From Macrostomum lignano (lineage: Eukaryota): a stretch of 64,000 bases of DNA. A program made the translations under genes and the position numbers. Numbering within the stretch: position 1 is the stretch's first letter; every line of letters begins with the position of its first letter. The stretch lies in the NCBI GenBank assembly GCA_002269645.1, contig NIVC01000241.1:33187-97186 (forward strand), in the 5' to 3' direction. The notes under the pieces are model-generated. The model was not told the origin of the DNA. It searched no databases and saw only the letters and a list, made by a program, of their open reading frames with translations. This document shows, piece after piece, positions 1 through 12,721 of this stretch.

Positions 1-39
1 TGATCCCCTCTTAGGTTGAATGCAGCTTTAGTCGGTTAG

Positions 40-633
40 TTCCTCATTTCATTCCAGATCCTCATTTCATTCCAGATCCTCATTTCATTCCAGATCCTCA
101 TTTCATTCCAGATCCTCATTTCATTCCAGATCCTCATTTCATTCCAGATCCTCATTTCATTCCAGATCCTCATTTCATTCCAGATCCTCATTTCATTCCA
201 GATCCCCATTTCATTCCAGATCCTCATTTCATTCCAGATCCTCATTTCATTCCAGATCCTCATTTCATTCCAGATCCTCATTTCATTCCAGATCCTCATT
301 TCATTCCAGATCCTCATTTCATTCCAGATCCTCATTTCATTCCAGATCCTCATTTCATTCCAGATCCCCATTTCATTCCAGATCCTCATTTCATTCCAGA
401 TCCTCATTTCATTCCAGATCCTCATTTCATTCCAGATCCTCATTTCATTCCAGATCCTCATTTCATTCCAGATCCTCATTTCATTCCAGATCCTCATTTC
501 ATTCCAGATCCTCATTTCATTCCAGATCCTCATTTCATTCCAGATCCTCATTTCATTCCAGATCCTCATTTCATTCCAGATCCCCATTTCATTCCAGATC
601 CTCATTTCATTCCAGATCCTCATTTCATTCCAG
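40..633. repeat. 18-bp minisatellite (GATCCTCATTTCATTCCA), ~33 copies
   Basis: Direct reading; produces the MRIWNE pseudo-ORF. Confidence 0.97.
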
Positions 634-1479
634 ATTTCAGATGGGTCCTCATTCCAGATGGGTCCTCATTCCAGATAGTTCTTCATTCTGCAGATTCTCA
701 TTCTGCAGTGACCTCTGCAGAAAAACCAAGGTGACAGCATGCAGGCATTTCTGAGCCCTTGATACAACAGTCCTCTGGCGAATTTTAGTGCTGGAGCTCT
801 AAATAAATGTAGCCGCTCACGGAATCGGACTCGAGTACTTGAGCACGAGTGTTGAGCACGCTGAGCACAAACTGCAGCACACACACCGAAGTTCGCTATG
901 GGGTTTGTTTAACTCTTAATTGTTAGACTATTCTTCCTCTCTCTGGTTTAATATCATTTCGGGGAAAATTACAGAGTTACCGCGCAGAAGGTAGGGAGGC
1001 AGGCCGACACCTGATCACGCACAGCAAACACAGGTGGCGACTCCGTTTGCTTCAAATCTGCGAGTTCCGGAGTAGGCTAGTACAGTGGGGAATCCGCCTA
1101 CTGCTCACAGGGATTGCCGGTGCGCCAGGGGAATCGAGCTGCGTCAGTTTCCATATTTTCTGTGCTCCCAGTAGGTCTCCGCAACTTTCCTGCTCGAGCT
1201 TCACGGAAAGACCAGCTGCAGTGATAATTGATGAGGCACCACCTTGGGGATTCCTTTCCTCGCCTCCGGAACCAGGGAGTCTCTCCTGCTGCTCATATAT
1301 TTCCCTTACATTGCACCTCTGAGAGACTGAGTGAGAGCGCTGGATGGAGAGATGAAGGGCCGGCAGAATTGCCAGACCCTCGATCTGCCTGCTTTTACTC
1401 ACTGAATAAGTACTTGTCGTTGTGCACTTTTATTTGGCTTAATCGTCCGCCTTGCTCAACTTCTAGCGTCATGCTCCTT

Positions 1480-2757
1480 GAGTCCTCATTCTAGTTGGGT
1501 CCTCATTACAGATGGATCCTCATTCCACATGGGTCCTCATTCCAGATGGGTCCTCATTCCAGATGGGTCCTCATTCCAGATGGGTCCTCATTCCAGATAG
1601 GTCCTCATTCCAGATGGGTCCTCATACCAGACGGGTCCTCATTCCAGATGAGTCCTCATTCCAGATGGGTCCTCATTCCATATGGGTCCTCATTCCAGAC
1701 GGGTCCTCATTCCAGATGGGTCCTCATTCCAGATGGGTCCTCATTCCAGATGGGTCCTTATTCCAGATGGGTCCTCATTCCAGACGGGTCCTCATTCCAG
1801 ATGGGTCCTCATTCCAGATGGGTCCTCATTCCAGATGAGTCCTCATTCCAGATGGGTCCTCATTCCAGATGGGTCCTCATTACAGATGGGTCCTCATTCC
1901 AGATGGGTCCTCATTCCAGATGGGTCCTCATTCCAGATGGGTCCTCATTCCAGATGGGTCCTCATTCCAGATGGGTCCTCATTCCAGATAGGTCCTCATT
2001 CCAGATGGGTCCTCATACCAGACGGGTCCTCATTCCAGATGGGTCCTCATTCCAGATGGGTCCTCATTCCATATGGGTCCTCATTCCAGACGGGTCCTCA
2101 TTCCAGATGGGTCCTCATTCCAGATGGGTCCTCATTCCAGATGGGTCCTCATTCCAGATGGGTCCTCATTCCAGACGGGTCCTCATTCCAGATGGGTCCT
2201 CATTCCAGATGGGTCCTCATTCCAGATGAGTCCTCATTCCAGATGGGTCCTCATTCCAGATGGGTCCTCATTCCAGATGGGTCCTCATTCCAGATGGGTC
2301 CTCATTCCAGATGGGTCCTCATTCTAGATGGGTCCTCATTCCAGATGGGTCCTCATTCTAGATGGGTCCTCATTCCAGATGGGTCCTCATTCCAGATGGG
2401 TCCTCATTCTAGATGGGTCCTCATTCCAGATAGGTCCTCATTCCAGATGGGTCCTCATTCCAGATGGGTCCTCATTCCAGATGGGTCCTCATTCCAGATG
2501 GGTCCTCATTCTAGATGGGTCCTCATTCTAGATGGATCCTCATTCTAGATGGGTCCTCATTCCAGATGGGTCCTCATTCTAGATGGGTCCTCATTCCAGA
2601 TGGGTCCTCATTCTAGATGGATCCTCATTCTAGATGGATCCTCATTCCAGATGGGTCCTCATTCCAGATGGGTCCTCATTCCAGATGGGTCCTCATTCCA
2701 GATGGGTCCTCATTCTAGATGGGTCCTCATTCTAGATGGATCCTCATTCTAGATGGG
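1480..2757. repeat. 17-bp minisatellite (GATGGGTCCTCATTCCA), ~75 copies; two more copies at 636-676
   Basis: Direct reading. Confidence 0.97.
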
Positions 2758-3631
2758 TTTATACTAATTTAAACCCCAGATTTCTAAGCAAAACTTCAAA
2801 ACTTCTTCCAAGATTTGATTAAACTCGCCCCAGAATGACCATTAAGGGAGCTCCACATTGCATAAATTTAATAGTTTCATTTTACAACCCCAGGACCAAA
2901 GCTCGGCCCTCTGTTCCACAGTCGTGAATTTTTATTTCCTTCTGCATCCCCTAGAAGAAGCTCGCTGCCCCATCGCCAGTTTTTCCACGCATGCTTGAAT
3001 TCGCGCGTGTTCGGCCATCGATAGCGCAGCTATTGCAGAATTTGTGCTGCTATGATGGGGAGCAGGAGGATGGGAATTTTTTCCACCGCCTTCTTCTTCT
3101 TCCCGTTTTTGCCGGAATCCCCTAAGCGCCGGTGCGGCACCGGCTTTCAGAAGCGGGTGAGTTGGGGGGGGCAGAGTCGAAAGGCGGCTCCCAGCCCATG
3201 CTGTGAGCTCAGTCAGGCAAAACAAAACACAAAAATCGGCAGCGGCCTCGCGGTCGCAGGATATCTTTCCCGCCCCGGCTCTCTCCTCTCTTCCCTGCCC
3301 CCGCTGCTCTTGGCTGGCCACTCATTCGCCCGTCCAGTGCTCAGCCAGGCTGCCCGCACGCTCCAATGCCGTTAAGCACTTGTGCAGCGGGCCAAAGAGT
3401 GACGAAGGCTTGAAAATGGGGCAAGCGGCTGAGTTTAAAAAAAAACTAACTTTCAGCCACCCTTATGCCAGACTCTTTCGCCGGAGGATGGGTTCCGTCG
3501 AGGCTTAAGTCTATAATCTCCGCTCCCGGGTCGCCGCCAGTCAACTCCAGTTGTTTTCTCTTTCCTGTTTTGCCCGGCCCCAAACCAGCTGGTTGATCTT
3601 TATTGAGAGAGAAAGTCGCCGCAACGCAACC

Positions 3632-3753
3632 ATGGCCCGTTTGCAAGTGCCTACTGTGCTAGTCAGCCAGCAGGACGAAGAGAGCTTCGGCGATCTGGGC
3701 GAACTGCGCAACTTTTCAGCCAGGCACCGGTGCCGCAGGCACACCCTGGCGAT
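3632..3753 (+). CDS. PDE4: Candidate PDE4 alternative first coding exon A (MARLQVPTVLVSQQDEESF...RHRCRRHTLA)
   Basis: ATG in ACCATGG context. Open frame ends at a phase-2 donor AT|GTGAGT (3754), which matches the phase-2 acceptor at 17996. Ends in RRHT, like the RRHSWI|C N-terminal exon of vertebrate PDE4D3. Confidence 0.7.
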
Positions 3754-3884
3754 GTGAGTGCGAGCCGCTTCGTTTAAAATGCTACGCATCAACATTTTTG
3801 GGAACGAGAGAAATCAGCGACAGTCGGGCCATAGACAAAACAATAGGAGGACAGAGCTGTGGAGGGTAGTAGCTCCAGTGAGAG

Positions 3885-4495
3885 ACGGGCCATAGACACA
3901 GCGATGGTAAGGGTAGTAGCGTCAGTGAGAGTCGGGCCATAGACACAGCGATGGTAAGGGTAGTAGCGTCAGTGAGAGACGGGCCATAGACACAGCGATG
4001 GTAAGGGTAGTAGCGTCAGTGAGAGACGGGCCATAGACACAGCGATGGTAAGGGTAGTAGCGTCAGTGAGAGACGGGCCATAGACACAGCGATGGTAAGG
4101 GTAGTAGCGTCAGTGAGAGACGGGCCATAGACACAGCGATGGTAAGGGTAGTAGCGTCAGTGAGAGACGGGCCATAGACACAGCGATGGTAAGGGTAGTA
4201 GCGTCAGTGAGAGACGGGCCATAGACACAGCGATGGTAAGGGTAGTAGCGTCAGTGAGAGACGGGCCATAGACACAGCGATGGTAAGGGTAGTAGCGTCA
4301 GTGAGAGACGGGCCATAGATACAGCGATGGTAAGGGTAGTAGCGTCAGTGAGAGACGGGCCATAGACGCAGCATGGTAAGGGTAGTAGCGTCAGTGAGAG
4401 ACGGGCCATAGACACAGCGATGGTAAGGGTAGTAGCGTCAGTGAGAGACGGGTCATAGACACAGCGATGGTAAGGGTAGTAGCGTCAGTGAGATA
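3885..4495. repeat. 47-bp minisatellite (GACGGGCCATAGACACAGCGATGGTAAGGGTAGTAGCGTCAGTGAGA), ~13 copies
   Basis: Period measured 3981->4028. Confidence 0.95.
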
Positions 4496-5084
4496 GTCTA
4501 TATGTAGCATTAGGTCAGAGAATGGGGCAGTAAAATTTATTGCTTTGTCACCCTACCTTTTGATTGCACTGGCTTTTCAGTTAAAAAAAGGTGAATCTCG
4601 CTGCTAGTTGTTAGCTCGTACATTACATCGCTGGATTAATTAAACTGTACGCAGTTTCCCAGCCATATCACCGAGCTAATTTCGCTAATTGTGTCATAAA
4701 ACTGTGGGTCCATCAGATGGAGGCAGTCATGTTATTTTCTGTCGCTAGTAATAGTACATATTTGGTGCTTCTTTTCAAGTGCTCACGGATCGCGTGCTAG
4801 GCTTCTTTCGCTACTCAAATTTTCTCCCCTCCGGGCGTCGCCGTCTCTGTGTTGCGGGCTTGACTGGATCAACACTTTCAAGCAGAAAATCTGATCGGAA
4901 AGGGAATCATGGAAGAGCTAAAAAATAAACTTCAGATTTCAATCGCGTGCCGGACTTGTTCTAGTTGGCTTCTCTGAGCCTTAAATAGGGGTGCCGTTTG
5001 TAAGCGGAACAACGCGTGCCGCAGGGCCTGTTTTGTACCTAAAATCTATTTTCTGCGACGCTAGCGCACAAACACTTCCCCCAC

Positions 5085-5965
5085 AGTTCTTGGGTTGGAC
5101 AACCCAGCGCATCAAACATTTCACTGACAGTCCTTGGATTGGACAACCCAGCGCATCAAACATTTCACTGACAGTCCTTGGATTGGACAACCCAGCGCAT
5201 CAAACATTTCACTGACAGTCCTTGGATTGGACAACCCAGCGCATCAAACATTTCACTGACAGTCCTTGGATTGGACAACCCAGCGCATCAAACATTTCAC
5301 TCACAGTCCTTGGATTGGACAACCCAGCGCATCAAACATTTCACTGACAGTCCTTGGATTGGACAACCCAGCGCATCAAACATTTCACTGACAGTCCTTG
5401 GATTGGACAACCCAGCGCATCAAACATTTCACTGACAGTCCTTGGATTGGACAACCCAGCGCATCAAACATTTCACTGACAGTCCTTGGATTGGACAACC
5501 CAGCGCATCAAACATTTCACTGACAGTCCTTGGATTGGACAACCCAGCGCATCAAACATTTCACTCACAGTCCTTGGATTGGACAACCCAGCGCATCAAA
5601 CACTTCACCTACGGTCCTTGGGTTGGATAACCCCAGCGCATCAAAAACAGTCCTTGGATTTGACAACACCAGCGCATCAAACACTTCACGCTCGGTCCTT
5701 TTGCTGGACAACACCAGCGCATCAAACACTTCACGCTCGGTCCTTTTGCTGGACAACACCAGCGCATCAAACACTTCTCCCACAGTCCTTGGATTGAACA
5801 AAACCAGCGCATCAAACACTTCTCCCACAGTCCTTGGATTTAACAACCCCAGCGCATCAAAAATTTCACTCACAGTCCTTGGATTTGACAACCCCAGCAC
5901 ATCAAACACTTCACGCACGGTCCTTTTGCTGGACAAAACCAGCGCATCAAACACTTCACCCACAG
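5085..5965. repeat. 44-bp minisatellite (ACAGTCCTTGGATTGGACAACCCAGCGCATCAAACATTTCACTG), homogeneous to ~5600, then diverged variants
   Basis: Direct reading. Confidence 0.95.
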
Positions 5966-6126
5966 TCCAAGGGCTTTAGCGTTGGATGCGTTAACGCTCA
6001 GCTACCTATCCCTAGTAACTAGCACTAAGGCTCTAGTAACGTCTTAACAAGAACACCAAGCTCAAATTCAATAGCTTGAACAAAATAATTTTGACATCAG
6101 TTCTACAGTTACAGCTTCTATGCTAC

Positions 6127-6197
6127 ATGGACTTCAGAGAAAGTAAATCAAAGTTCAGGGTCTTCGAGTATCACCCTGGGGTTGCCAGTCAATTGCT
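6127..6197 (+). CDS. Possible short PDE4 alternative first exon (MDFRESKSKFRVFEYHPGVASQL)
   Basis: ATG, 23 open codons and a phase-2 GTGAGT donor at 6198. No motif support, so it could be chance. Confidence 0.25.
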
Positions 6198-7072
6198 GTG
6201 AGTGAGCACTCATAGAATCTCTGAAGATAGATTCTAGTGCCGGTAGATGTGGCTGAAGCGGCAATGAGATTGAATACAGTGCCACGCACGCAAAGTGCAA
6301 TCAAGTCGCGCCAGAAAGGCGAATTCGATTTAGTCGGATGTTGATCTCTTCCCCGGCCAGGTCCCCTCCACGCTGGCACTGCAGAACGAGTGGGAACTGC
6401 GCCCAATCAACGGTAGTCTTGTTCGGTGCCGAGAGCACTTTAGATCCTCTTAGCGTGGAGAAAGAAGGTAGCTTTACTTCTTCCCAAGTTTCCCAGCTCC
6501 CTTTGAGAAACTGGTCAGTAAAGTGATATTTGCGACGTTTTTGCGTATTTGTAATCGAATCCGAATTCTTTCCTCAATTAAAAATGTCTTCTGGTTTTGA
6601 CCTCTCGCTGGTCTGTTTTTACAAAATCGTCGAATGTTAGCCGATAAATCAAACGTATTCAGGAATTGAATTTACAGGTCCGAGACTCGCAATCATTCTT
6701 TTACACGCCCTACTGCGCTCGCCGAATTACCATTGCGGCCCCTTCATCGGCGGTTTACTTATTGCCGCGTAGGCTCACCGTCCCCTCCAAATCAATCAAT
6801 GATTTCGCAGTGAACGATGCAGGTGGCCCCTGGACCTCGAGATGCGGCTACTGCAGTCTGAGAAGGTCGAGAAGAGAGAGGATGAGAGAGAATAGGAAGG
6901 TAGAAATAACGCTTTTGCCGAAACGATTTGCTGCTCCATTGTGACGTCGAATTTGGTCCAGGCAGCGAAGCGAGAGGGCGAATACGCGCCCGGATGAGGA
7001 TAAATTGGTCGGACAGACTCGGATTCTCCCACCGAGCAGAGGTGAGCAGAGTCTCAGCCGGATCAGGTGGTA

Positions 7073-7200
7073 ATGCAAGCCAGGAACAAGCGAGTTTCCG
7101 TGGACTGGTCGCAGGTGCCGCCGCACCGGGAGGCCCGAGGCAGCGGTGGCGGCAGCCGGCAGACGATGCTGGCCATGGTTGGTCGGAGGTCCCTGCCGCA
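7073..7200 (+). CDS. PDE4: Candidate PDE4 alternative first coding exon B (MQARNKRVSVDWSQVPPHRE...MVGRRSLP)
   Basis: ATG at 7073, GC-rich open frame, phase-2 donor CA|GTGAGT at 7201. Not in the ORF track because it is short. Confidence 0.55.
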
Positions 7201-7394
7201 GTGAGTTGCCTGGCAGGAGCTTCAGCTGAAGCAGTTTTCTTTGCTTTATTTAATATTTGCGCGGCTTTTTTTGTCCTTTGAGCCGTTCCTTTGACGTGTC
7301 ACGCACCTGCGCAGCGATTCGATTTTGTATCAGGACAGCTGACTTCCGTTTCCAGGAGCAGGAAGGCTGGCTCTGCGCTGGTAGTTTGGCCTAG

Positions 7395-8054
7395 TATTGG
7401 TTTTTGCATGCTAAGTGAGACATTTTTCAAGCAATCTGAGACTGAATAGCAAAAACACTATTGTCTATGGCCACCGCTCGCTGCAGCCCAGCTTTTTGGG
7501 CGCGCCTTGCAAGCAAAGTGAGACATTTTTTCAAGCTAAGTGAGAACCATATTGAAAACAAAGGGGTGGTTTTACGAAATTACAAAATGATGTATTGTCG
7601 GAAACTATATATTTAGAAAAGGATACGCAGGATACACAACAAAACAAGCGGTACAAAAATTGTTGATAATGTTATAAGCGTTCAAATAAAGGGTTGCATG
7701 TTGATACACTGAGCAAACTTTCGAGTGCAGTGGAGCTCCCAGCCTGCGATCTTGTGCGGAGTAATGACATGCAGCGATTCTCTTCCAAGCCGATCCATCA
7801 GCATGTATCGCCAATCATCTCGTGTCATGCCTATCCTCTCTATCCTCGTTGCTTGTTAGACGCAGTTGATTTGCCATAGCCCAGCCTTTGTTTTCAATAT
7901 GGTTCTCACTTAGCTTCAAAAAATTTCTCACTTTGCTTGCAAGGCGATCCCAAAAAGCTGGGCTGCAGCGAGGGGTGGCCATAGACAATAGTGTTTTTGC
8001 TATTCAGCCTCAGATTGCTTGAAAAATGTCTCACTTAGCATGCAAAAACCAATA
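7395..8054. mobile_element. Foldback/MITE-like element with ~170-bp inverted arms (7395-7564 and 7885-8054) and a 320-bp spacer
   Basis: The arms are near-perfect reverse complements and carry internal CTAAGTGAGACATTTTT sub-repeats. A TA target duplication is possible but ambiguous. Confidence 0.85.
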
Positions 8055-9462
8055 TTACTGCTTGTAAAAAACAAAAATCTTCTAGGCTTGGGCCTTAAGC
8101 AGACTCGTTTCTTTTTGCATTTTGCCACCCTAGTACTCATATACACCTACTTTGGAACTTTTTGATTCTTACTCTTCTCTCTAAGAGTACTACTCTCTAA
8201 AAGGCCTTTCCTACTAAGGCCTTTCTCAATGTCCCCTGAACACACATACGCAGGTGTACGTACACTTACACAGGTCCTGAATTTCTCTCAACGCAACTTT
8301 GTAGGTTAGTGAATTACAGGTGGGGAGAGTGGAAAGACTTCTGTTCGAACAAAAGTAAAGAGCGGAATATTCTTTACCTTTAAAATGCGCTCTAAACTAC
8401 TATCAGTACAAAGGCATGCTTCATGAGCCTCTTAACGCCTCAAACGTTAAGCTCATCGATTTTAGTGATTTAAAAAAATTAATTATCGCTTCCCAATTGG
8501 AATAATCACAATTAATATAATATTAATAACTTAAATAGATTTTGGTTCCGCGCCAATTCGGTACAGTTTTAGGGCACTGTTTATGGCCGCTTGAGAAACT
8601 TGGGGGGGGGGGCAGGTTTACAGGCGGTGGGGTCACGGGGCCGCTGAGTATCAAATGGGGGGGGGGCAGGAATACCGGCCGCAGCCAAAGGCCACTTCAG
8701 AACCTTTTTGAGCCTGGACGGGCCTCTGCTAACTGGGGCGCCGCCACCACACCTGCGCTGTCTCTCTATCACGCCCTGCCCCCCCACCCAAATATTTATT
8801 GTGCCGCATCGCGGGGTCCGCGGAGGTAAAATAAAGCAAATACACGTCCACTCACAATAGAGTAGCATAGCAGCACTTGACTCGCCTTGGTATTCGAGTT
8901 CGCCCACCCCCACCGCCTGAGCTGGCAACTCTGCTCCATTGTCGGGCGCGGGTCGTTTGAGTCCCGAGCGGGACGAGAAGCCGACAATAAATTCGAACGA
9001 TGGGGTGAGAAACACGGTGCAGCAGTCTGTTACAGTCGCCGCAGCAATGCCTGATGCCTTTCTCGCAGCTGGCCCGTGCTCGGAAATTCGCTGAGAAGAG
9101 GCGAGGGTACAAAAGACAGGGGAAGGAGAGAGGCAGCGGTGCGCTCAGTTGGACGGCTGAAAAAGCGACTGAGCGCAATGCCGAAGAGAAAGTAGACGAA
9201 CCAGAAACCAGAACTCATACTTGGTTTTCAGTGATATCGCAGCACCAGGCAGAAAATTTTTCATACTTTCCGCTTGTCCACTAGAAGCAGAAAGGCGTTG
9301 GACAAGAAAAAAACTTCCGAACTCCAGCTTGGACGTAGCAGAGGCTCGAAAGGCTCGCTCGGCTAAAAAGTGAATTTCAGCAACGGCCGAGGCGAGTCCC
9401 GTCGACAAGCGACGGAACGACGGGCGCAGAAGCAGCAGCAGCAGCAGGTGTCGCAGATTCCC

Positions 9463-9611
9463 ATGCTGCAACTGCCTGTTCTGCAGGAGCCGGTGGCGGA
9501 TGTGAACTGCCAGCGAGTCAGGTTTGACACGATGCCGTCCGGTGCCTACAGGCACAGCAGGCTTGGCGTGGGCCTGCAGCTGCTGTACAGGCGGCACTCT
9601 TGCAACACTTG
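9463..9611 (+). CDS. PDE4: Candidate PDE4 alternative first coding exon C (MLQLPVLQEPVADVNCQRVRFDT...LLYRRHSCNT)
   Basis: Phase-2 donor TG|GTGAGT at 9612. The splice gives RRHSCNT-C-FDENAG, parallel to vertebrate RRHSWI-C-FDVDNG. Confidence 0.75.
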
Positions 9612-10282
9612 GTGAGTCCGGATCGAAGGCCATTCAGGTTGGTGGTTGAGTTATAAGACTGTGAATATCCGCATAGCAGCTACACAGATCAGATCATTCT
9701 AAAGCACTTCACGAGCCTCCTATTTAAAATGTTTATTTAGTTCTTAGCTTAATTTGGCCATAGACAGAAAGCGAAAACGAATGACAAGTGAGAGTTAACT
9801 TTGTTAATCAATAAATTATTAGCCAAGCGCAAAGTTATACGAAAAACTCTAAACAGACGCCCAAATGGAAGTAGTAATTCCCCGTGAAATTTCAAAATAC
9901 GGCTTACAATAAAACGCCCAAGTTGTGGAAGGAAGAAAGTTTTGGAAAAAAAGTTCAATATAATATTTTTCAAGGATTTAGCCCACTCCATCAATAGGAT
10001 TAAGAAATTAACTACTTAAAGTAGTTGGCTCTACTTTAAAACATTTTTAATGACTTGTTGGCGCTGTGGATGGCTTAATTTGTCCCGAAAATCCTGGTTG
10101 CCTGATCTCGAATTTTGAGTTCCAATGATAGAAAAAGCGTCATGTAAAAATAAAAGAAGCGTCATGTCGAAATTAAGAGATTCATTTGGGAATCCCTACG
10201 TTGTTGTGGCTTGCAGGGAATCGCTATAATGGTGTAGTGCTATAATGACTCTTGGGGAGAATTACTGAAATGTTAATACTTT

Positions 10283-10325
10283 AGGGTTAGGGTTAGGGCT
10301 AGGGTTAGGCTAGGGTTAGGGTTAG
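10283..10325 (+). repeat. Short interstitial TTAGGG-like tract
   Basis: TTAGGG/CTAGGG units; a more degenerate tract lies at 59875-59920. Confidence 0.7.
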
Positions 10326-11353
10326 AAGGTTGACAGATTTTTTAAGATTTCAAGGCTTATGTGGGACATCGCTGAAATGTCAAGAGGGGAATTGTTGATA
10401 TGTTAAGGCTTGTGGGGGGAATTGCTGACATGTCAAGGCTTACAAGGGACTGCTTACAAAGTATATTTCAAAGAGACGCTACATGTAGTTTATTAGAAAA
10501 CTTGTACTGCATTTTGGCTCCCCAACGGGGGGGGGCGCTGATTGCTAGTATGAGTTATAATTTTTAAATGAATTTTTTCATGAATAATTTGGTAAGAGCG
10601 AACACATAAGGCTGAACATACAAAATGGAACAAAAATTTTTGCAGAAAAGCATCGAAATTACTTTTATAAGAGACCCCAATCCAAATTTAAAAGCTTTAG
10701 TTAAGTAACATAGAACGTGAACAGTAAACTTGATCAACTATTTTTCCCTACAAAACTTTGCATAGGGAAATTCCATAGGGAAACTCCACTTTCTCAGTGC
10801 ACCTTCTCTTAGCCAAAACAATAAAATCAATGTGACTTACGGCCCTCTTGTTCGACTATGCAACGTTTTCTTAGCGATGTTCTCAACACCCATTGTGTGC
10901 ATTCATGATCCCCCAGCCCCTAAAAACTTCCCACTCCACTAGTGGACAACTCACACTTTCCGTTTCGTCTCTCTCTTTCACCTCACCCAGCTCCTTCGTT
11001 CTCCCCGTTTTCCTCCTTCGCCCACTTCGCTGTCAGGCTGCAGGTCGGGATTTGGACTCGCCGCGTCATCCACCGCGTCATCTGGCTGGGCCGAAGCCCC
11101 CTCGATCGGAAGCAACGCACAAGTCAACCTTGCTGCCTCTAGACTTGCTCGCGTTTCTCCTTGCGCCCTACTAAGCTGCCCGGGGACAAGCCCGCGCTTG
11201 CCATGGAGGGAAGAGAACGGGAGAAGGGGGGCAGCAGTGGAGCTCAAGGAGGGGTGGGGAGAGTCGCATGCCTATATAGTTTGACAGCGGAGACGGAGAT
11301 TGTGTGAGAAGTATAGGATTTGCTCAATACAAACTGATTCCACCTAAGCAGTT

Positions 11354-11529
11354 ATGCAAGCAGCGACTGGCAATCCGCAGCAGCAGCAGCAGCAGCAGCT
11401 CCCAGTGCGGCTCCGCCAGCCCGCAGCTGCGATGTACTTGCACTCGCGGAGCGTGTCTGCGCCGAATGCCGCTCCAGGCGCAGGCGGCTGCCGCAGCGTT
11501 CGATTCTCTGCGCTGAGCACCCTGGCCAG
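11354..11529 (+). CDS. PDE4: Candidate PDE4 alternative first coding exon D (MQAATGNPQQQQQQQLPVRL...RSVRFSALSTLA)
   Basis: GC-rich polyQ-containing ORF with a phase-2 donor AG|GTCTGT at 11530 (weaker donor consensus). Confidence 0.5.
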
Positions 11530-11584
11530 GTCTGTCCGCTGGGTCAGCTGTCCTCTGGGGGGAAGGGGGGGGTCACAGTGCCGA

Positions 11585-11920
11585 AACTACACAAACCTTA
11601 AACTACGCAAACTTTAAATTTCACAAACCCTACATTTCACAGACCTTAAACTTCACAAACCCTAAACTTCACAGACTCTAAACTTCACAAACCCTAAACT
11701 TCACAGACTCTAAACTTTACAGACTCTAAACTTCACAGACTCTAAACTTCACAGACTCTAAACTTCACAGACTCTAAACTTTACAGACTCTAAACTACAC
11801 AAACCCTAAACTTTACAAACCCAAAACTTGACGGACCCTAAACTTCACGGACCCTAAACTTCACGAACCCTAAACTTCAGACTCTACACTAAACAAACCC
11901 TAAACTTCACAAACTCTAAA
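11585..11920. repeat. 16-bp minisatellite (AGACTCTAAACTTCAC), ~20 degenerate copies
   Basis: Period measured 11705/11721/11737/11753. Confidence 0.9.
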
Positions 11921-12721
11921 ATCCGATTAGAATTTACTTTCGGATTGCACAAATACTTCAAATCTTTCAACAAAACTGTTTGATAGTCAAAATTTCGAGT
12001 GATAACTGAAAGAAATCATTTTCAATCAACTCGAGCAGGTATAAATTGCCTACATATCCTTATCAACCCACCGAACAAAATACTAATTTTTATTAAGTCG
12101 AGTTTAATTCAGTTTAATCAAGACAATCTATCAAACAGGATGGGCTGCTATTCAAAGTGAGATTGAACTCGTGTTGATTCCGCAGGAGCCTCCTCAATAA
12201 TTTCCGTTTATTTCGCGAAGGCTATTTTTTCTGCTTCTGGCTGAGCTTCCGTGAATAAAAGTGAGCCGAGACCCCGGAGAGGCAGTTAGTGGGATCTGGG
12301 AGCGCTGGGCGCAGGGGAAAGGGAGAATTGGAGAGAGCGAGTGACGCACTTCGGCGGCAGATGTCACGGCAGCGATGTCAATCCAATTGCAAAAGCAGAC
12401 CGAGCCCAGACCCAGCTGCCTCCCCACTTTCGCCGCCGAGAAGGAGCACCGTCTTCCTGTCGCTCTCAGTCAGTCTATTTCCTTCTCCAGCCTCTCCCTG
12501 GCGTAACTCAATCCTCAGCCGGCCCAATTAAGTATCCACAGGGGTGGAAAGAGAGGCCCGTGGGAGACGGCAGAGAACTCATCCGATGCCCCGACGCTGC
12601 TTATAAAAAAAGCAACGTGAGAAAAAAGAAGAGGCAATTCAAGCGGCAGGTTGAAGGCGCAACAGAAATTTGGCCTATAGGCTTTAGCTAATAATAACTA
12701 TATTAGTGATAAGAGAGCCGA

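Noticed and set aside
36-2752. Long periodic ORFs (MRIWNE.., MGPHSRW..)
   Set aside because: Translations of 17- and 18-bp tandem repeats lacking stops; no splice or codon support.
8581-9015. Minus-strand 144-aa ORF as a nested gene
   Set aside because: No homology recognised, and no partner exons could be phased.
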